DNA of 64,000 nucleotides. Origin: Thermoplasmatota archaeon (GTDB taxonomy: Archaea > Thermoplasmatota > E2 > UBA202 > JdFR-43). This document shows, piece after piece, positions 40,270-49,777 of the stretch (its first letter is position 1; each line of letters starts with the position of its first letter). The stretch is taken from contig JAPDJP010000016.1 of NCBI GenBank assembly GCA_029259055.1, positions 13,019-77,018 of the forward strand, read 5' to 3'. The notes beneath the pieces are model-generated. The model was not told the origin of the DNA. It was given only the letters and a program-made list of their open reading frames with translations, and did not search any database. A program made the translations under genes and the position numbers.

Positions 40270-42129
40270 ATGTTTGAAATAAAAGCAAGAGATGGATTAG
40301 CAAGAATTGGTATTCTACATACTAAACATGGAAAAATAAATACTCCCGCTCTCCTACCAGTAATAAATCCTCATTTTATGCCAATTCATCCGACAGAAAT
40401 GCTTGCTATGGGAATCGAGGCCATAATAACAAATTCATATATCATATATAATGATGAAGAATTGAAGAAAAAAGCATTAGAAAAGGGGTTGCATTCCTTA
40501 CTAAATTTTAATAAGCCCATTATGACAGATTCTGGCTCATTCCAAATGTATATGTATGGAATTGAAATAGATGCTTTTGAAATAATAAATTTTCAAAGAG
40601 AAATAAAGGCTGATATAGGAACAATCTTAGACATTTTTTCTGAATATAAGGAATATGAGAAAGTAAAAGAAGAAGTAGAAGAAACAATTAAGAGGGCAAA
40701 GAAAAGCATGGAATATAAGGGAGACATGCTTTTGGCTTGTACTGTGCAGGGAGGCGTATATAAAGATTTGAGAAGATATTGTGCCAAAGAACTTGCAAAA
40801 TTGCGAGCAGATGTGTATCCAATTGGAGGCGTGGTTCCACTAATGGAAAATCAAAGATATGCTGAAATTGCTGAAATTATAATATCATCAAAAAAAGAAT
40901 TGCCCCCTTCTAAACCAATCCATTTATTTGGAGCGGGGCATCCAATTATTTTCCCGATGGCGGTGGCGCTGGGGTGCGATTTGTTCGATTCAGCATCCTA
41001 TATAAAATATGCGAAAGATGATCGCCTCATATTTCCAGATAAAACTTTAAAACTCGATGAAATTGACGAGCTCCCCTGTTGTTGTCCAGTTTGTAGTAAA
41101 TATAGCATTGATGAATTAAAAGAAATGGATGAAGAAGAAAGAATAAAAAATATTGCCTTTCACAATTTGTGGCAGATGGTTGTGGAAATAAAAAGAATAA
41201 AGCAGGCCATTAGATTTGGAAATTTATGGGAACTTGTAGAGCAGAGGGCAACAGCCCATCCATCATTGCAAGAAGCTATGGAAATAATATCTAAAGAAAA
41301 AAGATGGCTTGAGAAGTGGGAAAATATATCCAAAAAGAAAGCTTTTATTTATGTAAATAAATATTCGATGCATCGCCCCATTGTTTATAGACTGCAAAAA
41401 AGAATAATGGAAAGATATGAACCATTTTTTGATAAAAGTGTTGTATTTGCTGAAATAGAAAAACCCTATAGCAAAAATGAATGGATGAAGGAATTGAAAG
41501 CAAATTGTATAATTGAATCATATTTTGGACCAATTCCCTTAGAATTAGATGAAATCTATCCTGTTGCTCAATCTCTCTTTCCATTAAATATAGAGATGAG
41601 AGGAAGATATGATAAATTTTACAAAAATTTTAATATAGTAGATATAAGGGAGGTAGAGAGAGGTAGTAAAGATTATGATATAAGAAAAATAAAAAGCGTG
41701 GCAAATTACCAATTTGGAAAAGGAGCAGGAGAAGCTTTATTTAAAGGAAAAATAAAAATTGTTAAATCAAAGGTAACAGGAAAAATAAGAAATGTATATT
41801 GCGATGGAAAGCATATAGTTTCAATGCGTGCATCAGATGGCTTTTTTACTCTAAAAATCGAGGGAGGAAAAAGATTGCATGAACATTTTTCTCCACCTAA
41901 GTTAAGAGTTATAGTTGAAAATGATGCTATTCCATTTATAAAACAGGGAAAAAATGTTTTTGCAAAATTTGTTGTAAATGCTTGCGGACAACTCCGCCCC
42001 TATGACGAGGTTCTTATTGTTGATGAAAATGATGAGCTTATTGCGGTTGGTCAGTGCATAATGAATAAGAAAGAAATGCTAGATTTTGAAAGAGGTATTG
42101 CTGTAAAAACAAGAGAAGTTGTTAAATAG
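40270..42129 (+). CDS. tgtA: Archaeosine tRNA-guanine transglycosylase (with C-terminal PUA domain)
   Basis: TIM-barrel TGT motifs (N-terminal ARIGILHTKHGKINTP, zinc site CCCPVC) plus a ~250-aa C-terminal extension characteristic of ArcTGT. Confidence 0.9.
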   Translation: MFEIKARDGLARIGILHTKHGKINTPALLPVINPHFMPIHPTEMLAMGIEAIITNSYIIYNDEELKKKALEKGLHSLLNFNKPIMTDSGSFQMYMYGIEIDAFEIINFQREIKADIGTILDIFSEYKEYEKVKEEVEETIKRAKKSMEYKGDMLLACTVQGGVYKDLRRYCAKELAKLRADVYPIGGVVPLMENQRYAEIAEIIISSKKELPPSKPIHLFGAGHPIIFPMAVALGCDLFDSASYIKYAKDDRLIFPDKTLKLDEIDELPCCCPVCSKYSIDELKEMDEEERIKNIAFHNLWQMVVEIKRIKQAIRFGNLWELVEQRATAHPSLQEAMEIISKEKRWLEKWENISKKKAFIYVNKYSMHRPIVYRLQKRIMERYEPFFDKSVVFAEIEKPYSKNEWMKELKANCIIESYFGPIPLELDEIYPVAQSLFPLNIEMRGRYDKFYKNFNIVDIREVERGSKDYDIRKIKSVANYQFGKGAGEALFKGKIKIVKSKVTGKIRNVYCDGKHIVSMRASDGFFTLKIEGGKRLHEHFSPPKLRVIVENDAIPFIKQGKNVFAKFVVNACGQLRPYDEVLIVDENDELIAVGQCIMNKKEMLDFERGIAVKTREVVK

Positions 42130-42146
42130 TTTCCAATATACTATAT

Positions 42147-42257
42147 ATGAAATGTGCATACTGTAATAAGGAAATAAAAGAAGATGAAATATATAAGAAT
42201 GGAAAATATTGGCACAGAGAATGTTTTAAAAAATGGCTTAGAAAGAAAGGTTGTTAA
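42147..42257 (+). CDS. Possible small zinc-binding protein (36 aa)
   Basis: MKCAYCNKEIKEDEIYKNGKYWHRECFKKWLRKKGC carries a CxxC...HxxC pattern; below the track cutoff; speculative. Confidence 0.3.
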   Translation: MKCAYCNKEIKEDEIYKNGKYWHRECFKKWLRKKGC

Positions 42258-42266
42258 ATAATTGAA

Positions 42267-43088
42267 TTAGATAATAGATAATAAAACTCTACTTCCTTCA
42301 TTATCTATGAAGCATTCATAATGTTTATATTTTGATAGAAATTTTTTCATTTCCTTGCTATATAAAGCAAAAATAGAATTTCCAAGCATCACCATAGAAG
42401 CTTTTCCTATTTTATTTGCTTCCTTTAAAATTTTTTTCATTTTTTCATTTGCTATTCCCGTTTCAATAGCAAATTTTAATGATAAATCGAAAAGATTGTC
42501 AATGGAAGGCTTTTTAATAAAATCTTTTAAACATTCGTTGCCAATTTCATTTATTTTATTTATTAATTTATCATTTTTCAATACCTTTTTTGTTTCGATT
42601 TTCTCTCCAATTATTGCAACGATCAGTTTTTCCTTACAATCTATTTTCTTAATTCTTCCCGTGATACCTGGTTCTATTCTCATTTCCATTCCGCCATAGA
42701 AAGAAGCGATTGCATCTCCCAATCCAGTTTTGTTTTTTATCTCAGCTAAATGAACAGCTTTTAAAGCTTCTTCATAAGGAATTTTTAATAAATGAGCTAT
42801 CGCCATTGTTGAAGCAAGTGAAGAAGATGCACTTATTCCAAATCCTTGAGAGGATGGCAAATCATTTTTTATTCTTATATCAAAATTTATTTCATCCCTT
42901 ACCAAATTTTTAATAGCATCTTCAGTTACTTTTCCCAATTTTTTTCCATTGCCAAAAGAAACCGTTGCATAACTTCCCAAAGATATACACAATCCCGCCC
43001 CCCTCGAACCAGTTTTATATACATCATCGGAAAAACAAACTTCAAAAAAAGCAGTAATATGGCATGGAGAAAAAGCAATTACCTTCAT
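42267..43088 (-). CDS. GHMP-family kinase, probably pantoate kinase (archaeal CoA pathway)
   Basis: GHMP motif LPSSQGFGISASSSLA; overlaps coaBC by 4 nt in the same operon. Confidence 0.6.
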   Translation of the reverse strand: MKVIAFSPCHITAFFEVCFSDDVYKTGSRGAGLCISLGSYATVSFGNGKKLGKVTEDAIKNLVRDEINFDIRIKNDLPSSQGFGISASSSLASTMAIAHLLKIPYEEALKAVHLAEIKNKTGLGDAIASFYGGMEMRIEPGITGRIKKIDCKEKLIVAIIGEKIETKKVLKNDKLINKINEIGNECLKDFIKKPSIDNLFDLSLKFAIETGIANEKMKKILKEANKIGKASMVMLGNSIFALYSKEMKKFLSKYKHYECFIDNEGSRVLLSII

Positions 43089-44209
43089 ATTAAATCAATA
43101 ATTTCTTTAGCTATCTCCTTTTTCCTTCCCTCGATTTTCTTAATCAAGCCATCCTTATTTATAATCCATGCCTTAGCAACATCCTTTCCAATGCTTTCGA
43201 TAGTATTCCCTATTATAAAATCTATACCGTCTTCTTTTAATCTTTTCATAGATTTTTCAATAACATCCTCCTCTTTTTCTTCCAATTTAAAGCCTATAAC
43301 GATTTTTCCTAATTTTTTTAATAAAGGATTTATTCTTGGAGCGGGTCTCAATGCTAAAGAAATTTCTTTCCCAGATTTTATTTTCCCCTCTTTTTTTTCC
43401 ACTATAAAATCAGAAATAGCAGCACAATTAATGACAGCATCATATTTTGTTGAACAATTTTTAATTAAATTTATTAAATCCTTTATTCCAACAAATTTTA
43501 CAGAATTTTCATATGGAAATGATGCCCATAAAGTTACATCCATTCCTCTTTCATATGCCTCATTTACTAATGCTTTAGCCATTTTTCCTGATGAAAGATT
43601 TGTTATTCCTCTCACATCATCTATTGCCTCAAAAGTGCTTCCCCCTATTATTAAAACTTTCTTCCCTTTTTTATCTCCCCAAATTCTTATTACCTCTTTG
43701 ACTATTTTTTGAATGCTAGCCATTTTTGCTTTGTTTTCTTCTATTTTTGGTTCAATAATTTTTATTCCATGCCTTTTGCATTTTTCTAAATTTTCCTGAA
43801 TAATCTTATTTTTATACATTGATAAATGCATAGAGGGGGCGATTGCGATTTTTTTAGCGGTAAGAGCAAAAGTTGTAACAACATTATCTGCTATCCCCAT
43901 CGAAATTTTAGATATGGTATTTGCTGTACAGGGGGCGATTAAAAGCAGATCATATTCATGTACATGTTCCACCTTTCCAGATAATTCCGTAATGACTTCA
44001 TTTCCAGTTGCAAATTCCATTGCCATTGGATTTAATATTCTGCAGGCTTCCTTGCTCATTATTGCCGTGACGCTGGCGCCGTGCCTTATTAATTCTCTCG
44101 CGAGTTTAACACATTCGACACAGGCAATTCCTCCTGTTAGAGCTAAAACAATTTTTTTATTTCTTAATTTTTTAGATTTGGTTTCTTTAATAAGATGGCT
44201 CGGATGCAC
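43085..44209 (-). CDS. coaBC: Bifunctional phosphopantothenoylcysteine decarboxylase / phosphopantothenate-cysteine ligase
   Basis: N-terminal flavoprotein domain KKIVLALTGGIA plus a C-terminal DFP/CoaB domain. Confidence 0.9.
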   Translation of the reverse strand: MHPSHLIKETKSKKLRNKKIVLALTGGIACVECVKLARELIRHGASVTAIMSKEACRILNPMAMEFATGNEVITELSGKVEHVHEYDLLLIAPCTANTISKISMGIADNVVTTFALTAKKIAIAPSMHLSMYKNKIIQENLEKCKRHGIKIIEPKIEENKAKMASIQKIVKEVIRIWGDKKGKKVLIIGGSTFEAIDDVRGITNLSSGKMAKALVNEAYERGMDVTLWASFPYENSVKFVGIKDLINLIKNCSTKYDAVINCAAISDFIVEKKEGKIKSGKEISLALRPAPRINPLLKKLGKIVIGFKLEEKEEDVIEKSMKRLKEDGIDFIIGNTIESIGKDVAKAWIINKDGLIKKIEGRKKEIAKEIIDLI

Positions 44210-44241
44210 GTTATAAATAAAAAAGTTATTTAATTATTTAC

Positions 44242-45024
44242 CTATAAAGAGATAACATCATATTCTATTTCCTTGATAGCATTTTCATTGTATTCCTCGA
44301 TTTTTTTAATTGCCATTCTTGCTTCATCTTTGCTTCCAATAAGCAAAATATTTAGACCTTTTTGAGAAGCCTCTATAGAAGCATTTATTACATCGTATTC
44401 AATATCATATTTTACTCCCAATTTTTCTAAAGAAATTTTTCCTATGATATCAAGAATACCGATTTTATCAATTTTTTTTATTTTTTTGTCCATTTCCTGT
44501 TTCAAATTTTTAATATTTATTGCCTTACTCCCCCCCTCCAAGACGGAGGGAAGAGAAAAAATATAGATTTTCCCTAAATTTAATGGTATGATTCCCCTTA
44601 TATTTGTTATTGCGATATCTTCCCCCTTTTTTGCATTTTCTATTGCTGTTGCAAAAGCTGTTGACTCCCTTTTTTTGCATGCATATAAATAACCATTTTT
44701 CATAAATAGATAAACTCTCTCTCCTTTTTTTATATCATCGTCGGCAATTGCTGAGCAATACTTTATCATATTGAGTTTCTTCTTTTTTTCTTCCAAATAT
44801 TTATCAATTTGATTTATGTAAGAAAAAATTTTATCTATACCTTTCATGGTAGCTTTATATTTTCCCCCAACAATTTCGATTAGATTTTCTTCTTTCATTT
44901 TCTTTAAATATTCTGATACACCTTGTTTTGTTATGCCAACTTTTTCTGCTATCTGCGTTATACTATAATAATCTCCAGTGGCGATTTCCAAAAGAATAAC
45001 AAATTTTTTCGACAATATTTCCAT
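44242..45024 (-). CDS. HTH transcriptional regulator with a C-terminal uncharacterised domain
   Basis: wHTH YYSITQIAEKVGITKQGVSEYLKKM; upstream of and co-oriented with coaBC. Confidence 0.6.
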   Translation of the reverse strand: MEILSKKFVILLEIATGDYYSITQIAEKVGITKQGVSEYLKKMKEENLIEIVGGKYKATMKGIDKIFSYINQIDKYLEEKKKKLNMIKYCSAIADDDIKKGERVYLFMKNGYLYACKKRESTAFATAIENAKKGEDIAITNIRGIIPLNLGKIYIFSLPSVLEGGSKAINIKNLKQEMDKKIKKIDKIGILDIIGKISLEKLGVKYDIEYDVINASIEASQKGLNILLIGSKDEARMAIKKIEEYNENAIKEIEYDVISL

Positions 45025-45947
45025 ATTCCTAATGTTCCTATTGAATTTTAAATTTTTAGTTTGTTATTTGGGGTTAATACAATTAGCCTTTTATATAAAA
45101 GCTAACCATTTTTGGCATAACTCGTTATTAAAAATATCAAAAATGGATATATGGTATCCCTTCCAAAATTTGGAGGGGATATCACGTCATGGGATGAAAT
45201 AGAAATAGAAAAGACAATAAAAAGTAATCGGAATTTTTTGGATAAAGAAATCGGAAGAAAATCTATTTATAGAAGAAATAAATGATGATGAAGGACATTA
45301 TATGGAATATCATTTGAAAAAGCTGAATCGACCGTCCATTGATTACAAACTCAAATTCCTGTATAATAGGCAGGAATATGAAATTGTGGGAGCATATTAC
45401 AGGAATAAAAGAATGAAAGAATAGGAGGAAAATAAAGAAAGGTATATTGGGAAAATGAGAAATATAAATGAAGGATTTAATTCATGTTTAAAACAACATG
45501 CAGGTTTGAATCAAATTTACCAAGAAAAGGAATGAAAATCACGTTCTTCCATACAACTTTAGGTCTTTTTTCGTTAAACATGGTTGCATTAACGAGATTA
45601 CAAAATGGTATAACTGAAAATCTTGTTAGTGTCGCATATTTAACCTAATTTTTCACAATTATAGGTTAAAATTCATGAATTAATTAGAATGGAGAAAAGA
45701 TAATTTATTTTACCTTGCAATTTGATGCAACTTTTTTATTTTAGGATTCAGAAAAATGCAGTTTTTTTATTCAAAATTGTTATTACAATCAGCAATAACA
45801 ACAAAATACAGATTTAAAAACGGTAAATCTGTATCTGCCTAACCAAACTTAACAAAGTTATAAATACAACGTTTGCATAATATATATTGAGAAGAGTTGT
45901 CTTGCGCCAAACAGGGCTTCTTTTCTCAAAATAATGGAGGAGAGTAA

Positions 45948-48722
45948 ATGTGGAAAAAAGGATTATGTTTAGTAGTAGTAATGCTATTTGTTAGCACTGC
46001 TGTTGGAGTTGCAATAAATAAAATGGGTGCTTCAACAGATATTACAGTAGAAAATAATCCAACAACAGCTTTTAGCAATATAGCAATAGAAATAATTAAA
46101 CCAAAAAGCGGCTATCTTTACATTTACGATAAAGAGGTTTTCCCTTTAATTTTTATGACAGTTATTATTGGCTCCGTAACTGTTGAAGCAAATGTAGAAA
46201 GTGATAATGAGATAGATAAGGTAGAATTTTATATTGATAATGAGCTAAATTATGTAGATTATGAAGCATATTATTCATGGGAATGGGTTGAGTCTGCTCA
46301 TTTAAGACACGAAATAAAAGTTATTGCATACGATATTGAAGGAAATACAGCATATGATTCTATATCTGTATATATTTTTAATAAGGGAACCTTGCCTAAG
46401 GAAATAACTAAGGACGATGCTATGGAAATATTAATGGGGAGAATAATAAAGCCAGCCTCTTCAGATGATAGATTATCAGCATTTATGTTGTCTAAACCAT
46501 TACAAAAAGGAGATGTTATTACTGTGGAAAGTGGGGAAAATTATGAAATTAATAAAACAACATGGTTTGTTTTTATAGATGATGATCCGCAAGCTTTTTT
46601 TGCTCATTCTACAAGATTTGTTTTAATAGATGCCAAAACCGCCTCATATAACATTATAAATGAAGTATGGCCACCTACAATAAATAATCTTTCAATGTGG
46701 GATATGGATAACCTTATTGAAATATATTGCGTTTTAAATAGCTCCTTACCTTTATCTGAAAACTATACAGTAGCCCCTTACGGCGATTATGGAGATGCTC
46801 CTGATGGGCAGCTTGCTTATTATGGTATAGATGGAGAATTTCCAACATTATACAATACAAAAAATAGTAAATTCAACCGCACTGGTGCACATGCTCTCCA
46901 TACTGGTTACGAAATTATTGGGAGTACAGTAAGTGTTGAAAGAGGAGCAAATGATATGAACGATGTTGATGGGATTCCAAATTTAGTTGATTCAGACAAA
47001 GATGATAGATTGTTTATAATTCTGGAAAATAAAAATGCAAAAATTGCTTTTTCAGTTTCAGTCAGTGAAAATGCTCCAGATATTACTCGTTATGTGAATG
47101 TGCTAATTGATTTAGATCAAAATGGAAAATGGGAAAAAGGTAGTAACGGTAAGGAGTGGGTAATAATAAATGAGGAAATAAATGTTAGCCCCGGAACAAG
47201 TAAAACAATTATAATACCTTTCAGCTGGGGAAATGTTCTTACTTCTCCAGTATGGATGAGAATTGCATTAACACGGGAAAGAATAAATGAAACACTATTT
47301 GGTGAGGATGGATGGGACGGAAGCGGAGAATTTGAGTATGGAGAAATTGAGGATCATTTAGTTTTTCTAATGGGCAATCCGCCCTTGCCACATTTTGCAG
47401 GCTGGTGGCCTCCTTGGCCTAACAACCCGCCAGGTGGCCAGCCCCCAGGCCCTAATCCTCCAGCACCTCAGCCTCCAGGCGGAGACGACTGTCCATGTGG
47501 AATTACAAAGAACTACTATCAAATTAGAATTAATTGTGGGGACAAAAAGAAGCATATTGCTCAGGGAAAACAAATTGTCAAATCGTCTGTGGATAGAATG
47601 AAAAAACTTTGTGATGATGATCCGCGTTATGTGGATGCTAGCTCTGTTGAACCATTAAAGTCGGGTCAAACTAAAAAAGATTTTATAAATGCGATTCAGA
47701 AATTACTTAATAAATTAAAGGATAAGGTGAAATGTTGTGATGAAATTATAATTTATATTTGTGGTCATGGGCATGAAAAGAGTAAAAATTATCCAAATGG
47801 TGGTATACAGTTGTATAACAATAATGGAGGCAAAATAACTGAAAATGGTAAAGGCGCAGTAATAACAAAAAATGACTTAATGGGAATGATAAAATCAACA
47901 ATTCCTCCATGTACTGAAGAAGGGGGACCTCTTGGAAATTGTGATGAGGAAGGAACATGTTGCCACATTAAAATCATAATAGAATCATGCCATGCGGGCA
48001 ATTTTAAAGGTGCATGTAGTCAAGGAATGACTGTTATAGGTACTTCAGATGATTCTCCTTCGCATGCAAATTGTAGAGGAGGAGTTTATACAAATGGTTT
48101 TATAGATGCAAGGAGGGATAAAAACGCAGATAAAAATGGGGATGGAAAAGTGGATGCTGATGAAGCCGATGAAGCTGCAAAGGATGATGTGGAAAAATTT
48201 AATAAGAAATGTGGCAAAAACCAAAAACCATGGAAGGAATCGCAAGAATGCGATTGTAAATGTCCATGCGAACCCAGTGTAGATGGTGATAAATGGGTTT
48301 GGGATGAAGAATCTGGAGAATGGGTAGATGAAATATATGCATATCTAGGACAACCTATTTGGTTTGCTTGTCAAATTGTAAATGATGGGGAATGCAGAAA
48401 TGTTACAGATATTTTAATGATTGATTGGTTGCCCTATGGTTTACAGTATGGGGATGAGGCAATTTTATACATCAATGGTCAGGAAATGGGTCCCAGAGAA
48501 CCAGATGATATTGTTGAGGGACCAGATTCTCTCAAATTAACATGGAATCTCGATGAAATTGGTGAGATTTCTCCCGAAGAATATGTAACAATAATATTTA
48601 GTGCCATTGTAGAATATCCAGGGGAATTTACGAATTTGTTATATGTATCTGCTCATTGTACTTGTGATCCAAGCATTGTTGTGAGTGATGAGGATGTGGC
48701 AACTGTCAATGCAATAGAATAA
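45948..48722 (+). CDS. Large (924 aa) secreted multidomain protein: N-terminal Ig-like domain, proline-rich linker, legumain-like (clan CD, family C13) His/Cys dyad region, Ca-binding-like loop, Cys-rich segment, C-terminal beta-rich domain
   Basis: Signal peptide MWKKGLCLVVVMLFVSTAVGVA; IKVIAYDIEGNTAYD Ig-like motif; linker PPLPHFAGWWPPWPNNPPGGQPPGPNPPAPQPPGG; IIYICGHGHE ... IIIESCHAGNF resembling the C13 His-Gly / Glu-x-Cys-x-x-Gly catalytic dyad; DKNGDGKVDADE loop. Confidence 0.7.
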   Translation: MWKKGLCLVVVMLFVSTAVGVAINKMGASTDITVENNPTTAFSNIAIEIIKPKSGYLYIYDKEVFPLIFMTVIIGSVTVEANVESDNEIDKVEFYIDNELNYVDYEAYYSWEWVESAHLRHEIKVIAYDIEGNTAYDSISVYIFNKGTLPKEITKDDAMEILMGRIIKPASSDDRLSAFMLSKPLQKGDVITVESGENYEINKTTWFVFIDDDPQAFFAHSTRFVLIDAKTASYNIINEVWPPTINNLSMWDMDNLIEIYCVLNSSLPLSENYTVAPYGDYGDAPDGQLAYYGIDGEFPTLYNTKNSKFNRTGAHALHTGYEIIGSTVSVERGANDMNDVDGIPNLVDSDKDDRLFIILENKNAKIAFSVSVSENAPDITRYVNVLIDLDQNGKWEKGSNGKEWVIINEEINVSPGTSKTIIIPFSWGNVLTSPVWMRIALTRERINETLFGEDGWDGSGEFEYGEIEDHLVFLMGNPPLPHFAGWWPPWPNNPPGGQPPGPNPPAPQPPGGDDCPCGITKNYYQIRINCGDKKKHIAQGKQIVKSSVDRMKKLCDDDPRYVDASSVEPLKSGQTKKDFINAIQKLLNKLKDKVKCCDEIIIYICGHGHEKSKNYPNGGIQLYNNNGGKITENGKGAVITKNDLMGMIKSTIPPCTEEGGPLGNCDEEGTCCHIKIIIESCHAGNFKGACSQGMTVIGTSDDSPSHANCRGGVYTNGFIDARRDKNADKNGDGKVDADEADEAAKDDVEKFNKKCGKNQKPWKESQECDCKCPCEPSVDGDKWVWDEESGEWVDEIYAYLGQPIWFACQIVNDGECRNVTDILMIDWLPYGLQYGDEAILYINGQEMGPREPDDIVEGPDSLKLTWNLDEIGEISPEEYVTIIFSAIVEYPGEFTNLLYVSAHCTCDPSIVVSDEDVATVNAIE

Positions 48723-48963
48723 GAAAATAAAGTATCAAAAAATGACTACCCTATATCCAGATATGTTTGCAATTATTTCTTTTCTCTCTTCAATTTCTTC
48801 GATCTTCCACTAATTCCCCCAAGGTTAAAGGAAAATCTATTTAACTTCCTGAAAAATTTATTATTGGCCCTTGGTTGTTTGTCCTCTCCCATAAAATTGG
48901 GACAACCCCAAGGCTTATTTCCTTCTATTTTTACTTGCGGAGATACTGCATTAACCACCATGC

Positions 48964-48971
48964 TTATATAT
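48964..48971 (+). promoter_or_regulatory. TATA-box-like element (TTATATAT) upstream of L7Ae, followed by AGGAGG (48999-49004) 8 nt before the ATG
   Basis: A/T octamer ~42 nt before the start codon and a strong Shine-Dalgarno match. Confidence 0.4.
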
Positions 48972-49012
48972 TACTACTATATTCAATTTGCCTATGATAG
49001 GAGGCGATAAAA

Positions 49013-49378
49013 ATGCCAATATACGTAAGATTTGAAATGCCAGAGGATTTGGTTGGCAAGGTATATGAAGCTGTAGAAAAAGCGAGGGAAAGCGGTAAAA
49101 TAAAGAAGGGAACAAACGAAACAACAAAAGCCGTTGAAAGAGGAGAAGCAAAACTTGTTATTATGGCAATGGATGTATCTCCAGAAGAAATATTAGCTCA
49201 CATGCCTTATCTATGTGAGGAAAAAGGGGTTGCCTATGCTTATGTACCATCAAAAGAGGAGCTAGGAAGAGCTGCTGGATTAGAAGTGGCTGCTGCATCT
49301 GTTGCAATTATTGAAGAAGGAGATGCAAAAGAACTTGTTGAAGAAATTATTAAAAAGGTGAATGAAATAAAGGGATAA
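49013..49378 (+). CDS. rpl7ae: 50S ribosomal protein L7Ae
   Basis: [32 protein letters not shown]-turn-binding signature. Confidence 0.95.
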   Translation: MPIYVRFEMPEDLVGKVYEAVEKARESGKIKKGTNETTKAVERGEAKLVIMAMDVSPEEILAHMPYLCEEKGVAYAYVPSKEELGRAAGLEVAAASVAIIEEGDAKELVEEIIKKVNEIKG

Positions 49379-49379
49379 G

Positions 49380-49589
49380 ATGACAGATGAAGGCATCCCA
49401 GCGGAAGTTGTAGAAATAATAGGAAGAACAGGAATGTGTGGAGAAGTAATACAAGTTAGGGTTAAAATTTTGGAGGGAAAAGATAAAAATAGAGTTATAA
49501 CGAGAAATGTAATGGGTCCCGTCAGGAAAGGAGATGTTTTAATGCTAAGAGAAGCAGAAAGAGAAGCAAAGAAATTGAGCGTTAAGTAG
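49380..49589 (+). CDS. rps28e: 30S ribosomal protein S28e
   Basis: [40 protein letters not shown] is S28e-typical. Confidence 0.95.
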   Translation: MTDEGIPAEVVEIIGRTGMCGEVIQVRVKILEGKDKNRVITRNVMGPVRKGDVLMLREAEREAKKLSVK

Positions 49590-49597
49590 GTGTAAAA

Positions 49598-49777
49598 ATG
49601 GCAAAAAAATGCACTTTTTGTGGAAATGAGATTGAACCTGGCACAGGATTGATGTATGTTAAGAAAGATGGGACAATCTTTTATTTCTGTTCAGGAAAAT
49701 GCAGAAAAAATATGCTTAAATTAGGAAGAGACCCAAAAAAATTCAAATGGACAAAATTCTATAGGAAGGGGACATAA
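49598..49777 (+). CDS. rpl24e: 50S ribosomal protein L24e (59 aa, below the ORF-track cutoff)
   Basis: Translation [59 protein letters not shown] (C4 zinc-binding L24e); its stop abuts the ndk start. Confidence 0.85.
   Translation: MAKKCTFCGNEIEPGTGLMYVKKDGTIFYFCSGKCRKNMLKLGRDPKKFKWTKFYRKGT

Noticed and set aside
45025-45947. Insertion sequence or prophage remnant in the long ORF-free region
   Set aside because: No terminal inverted repeats, target-site duplications, or translated similarity to transposase or integrase motifs could be recognised by eye. It is kept as an unexplained non-coding region instead.
48773-48961. 62-aa minus-strand ORF between the large surface-protein gene and L7Ae
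   Set aside because: It overlaps the predicted TATA box and leader of the L7Ae operon and has no recognisable motif. The region also contains an imperfect inverted repeat (ccttggttgtttgtcc / gggacaaccccaagg). That repeat may be a terminator or small RNA, but I could not identify box C/D or H/ACA signatures convincingly.
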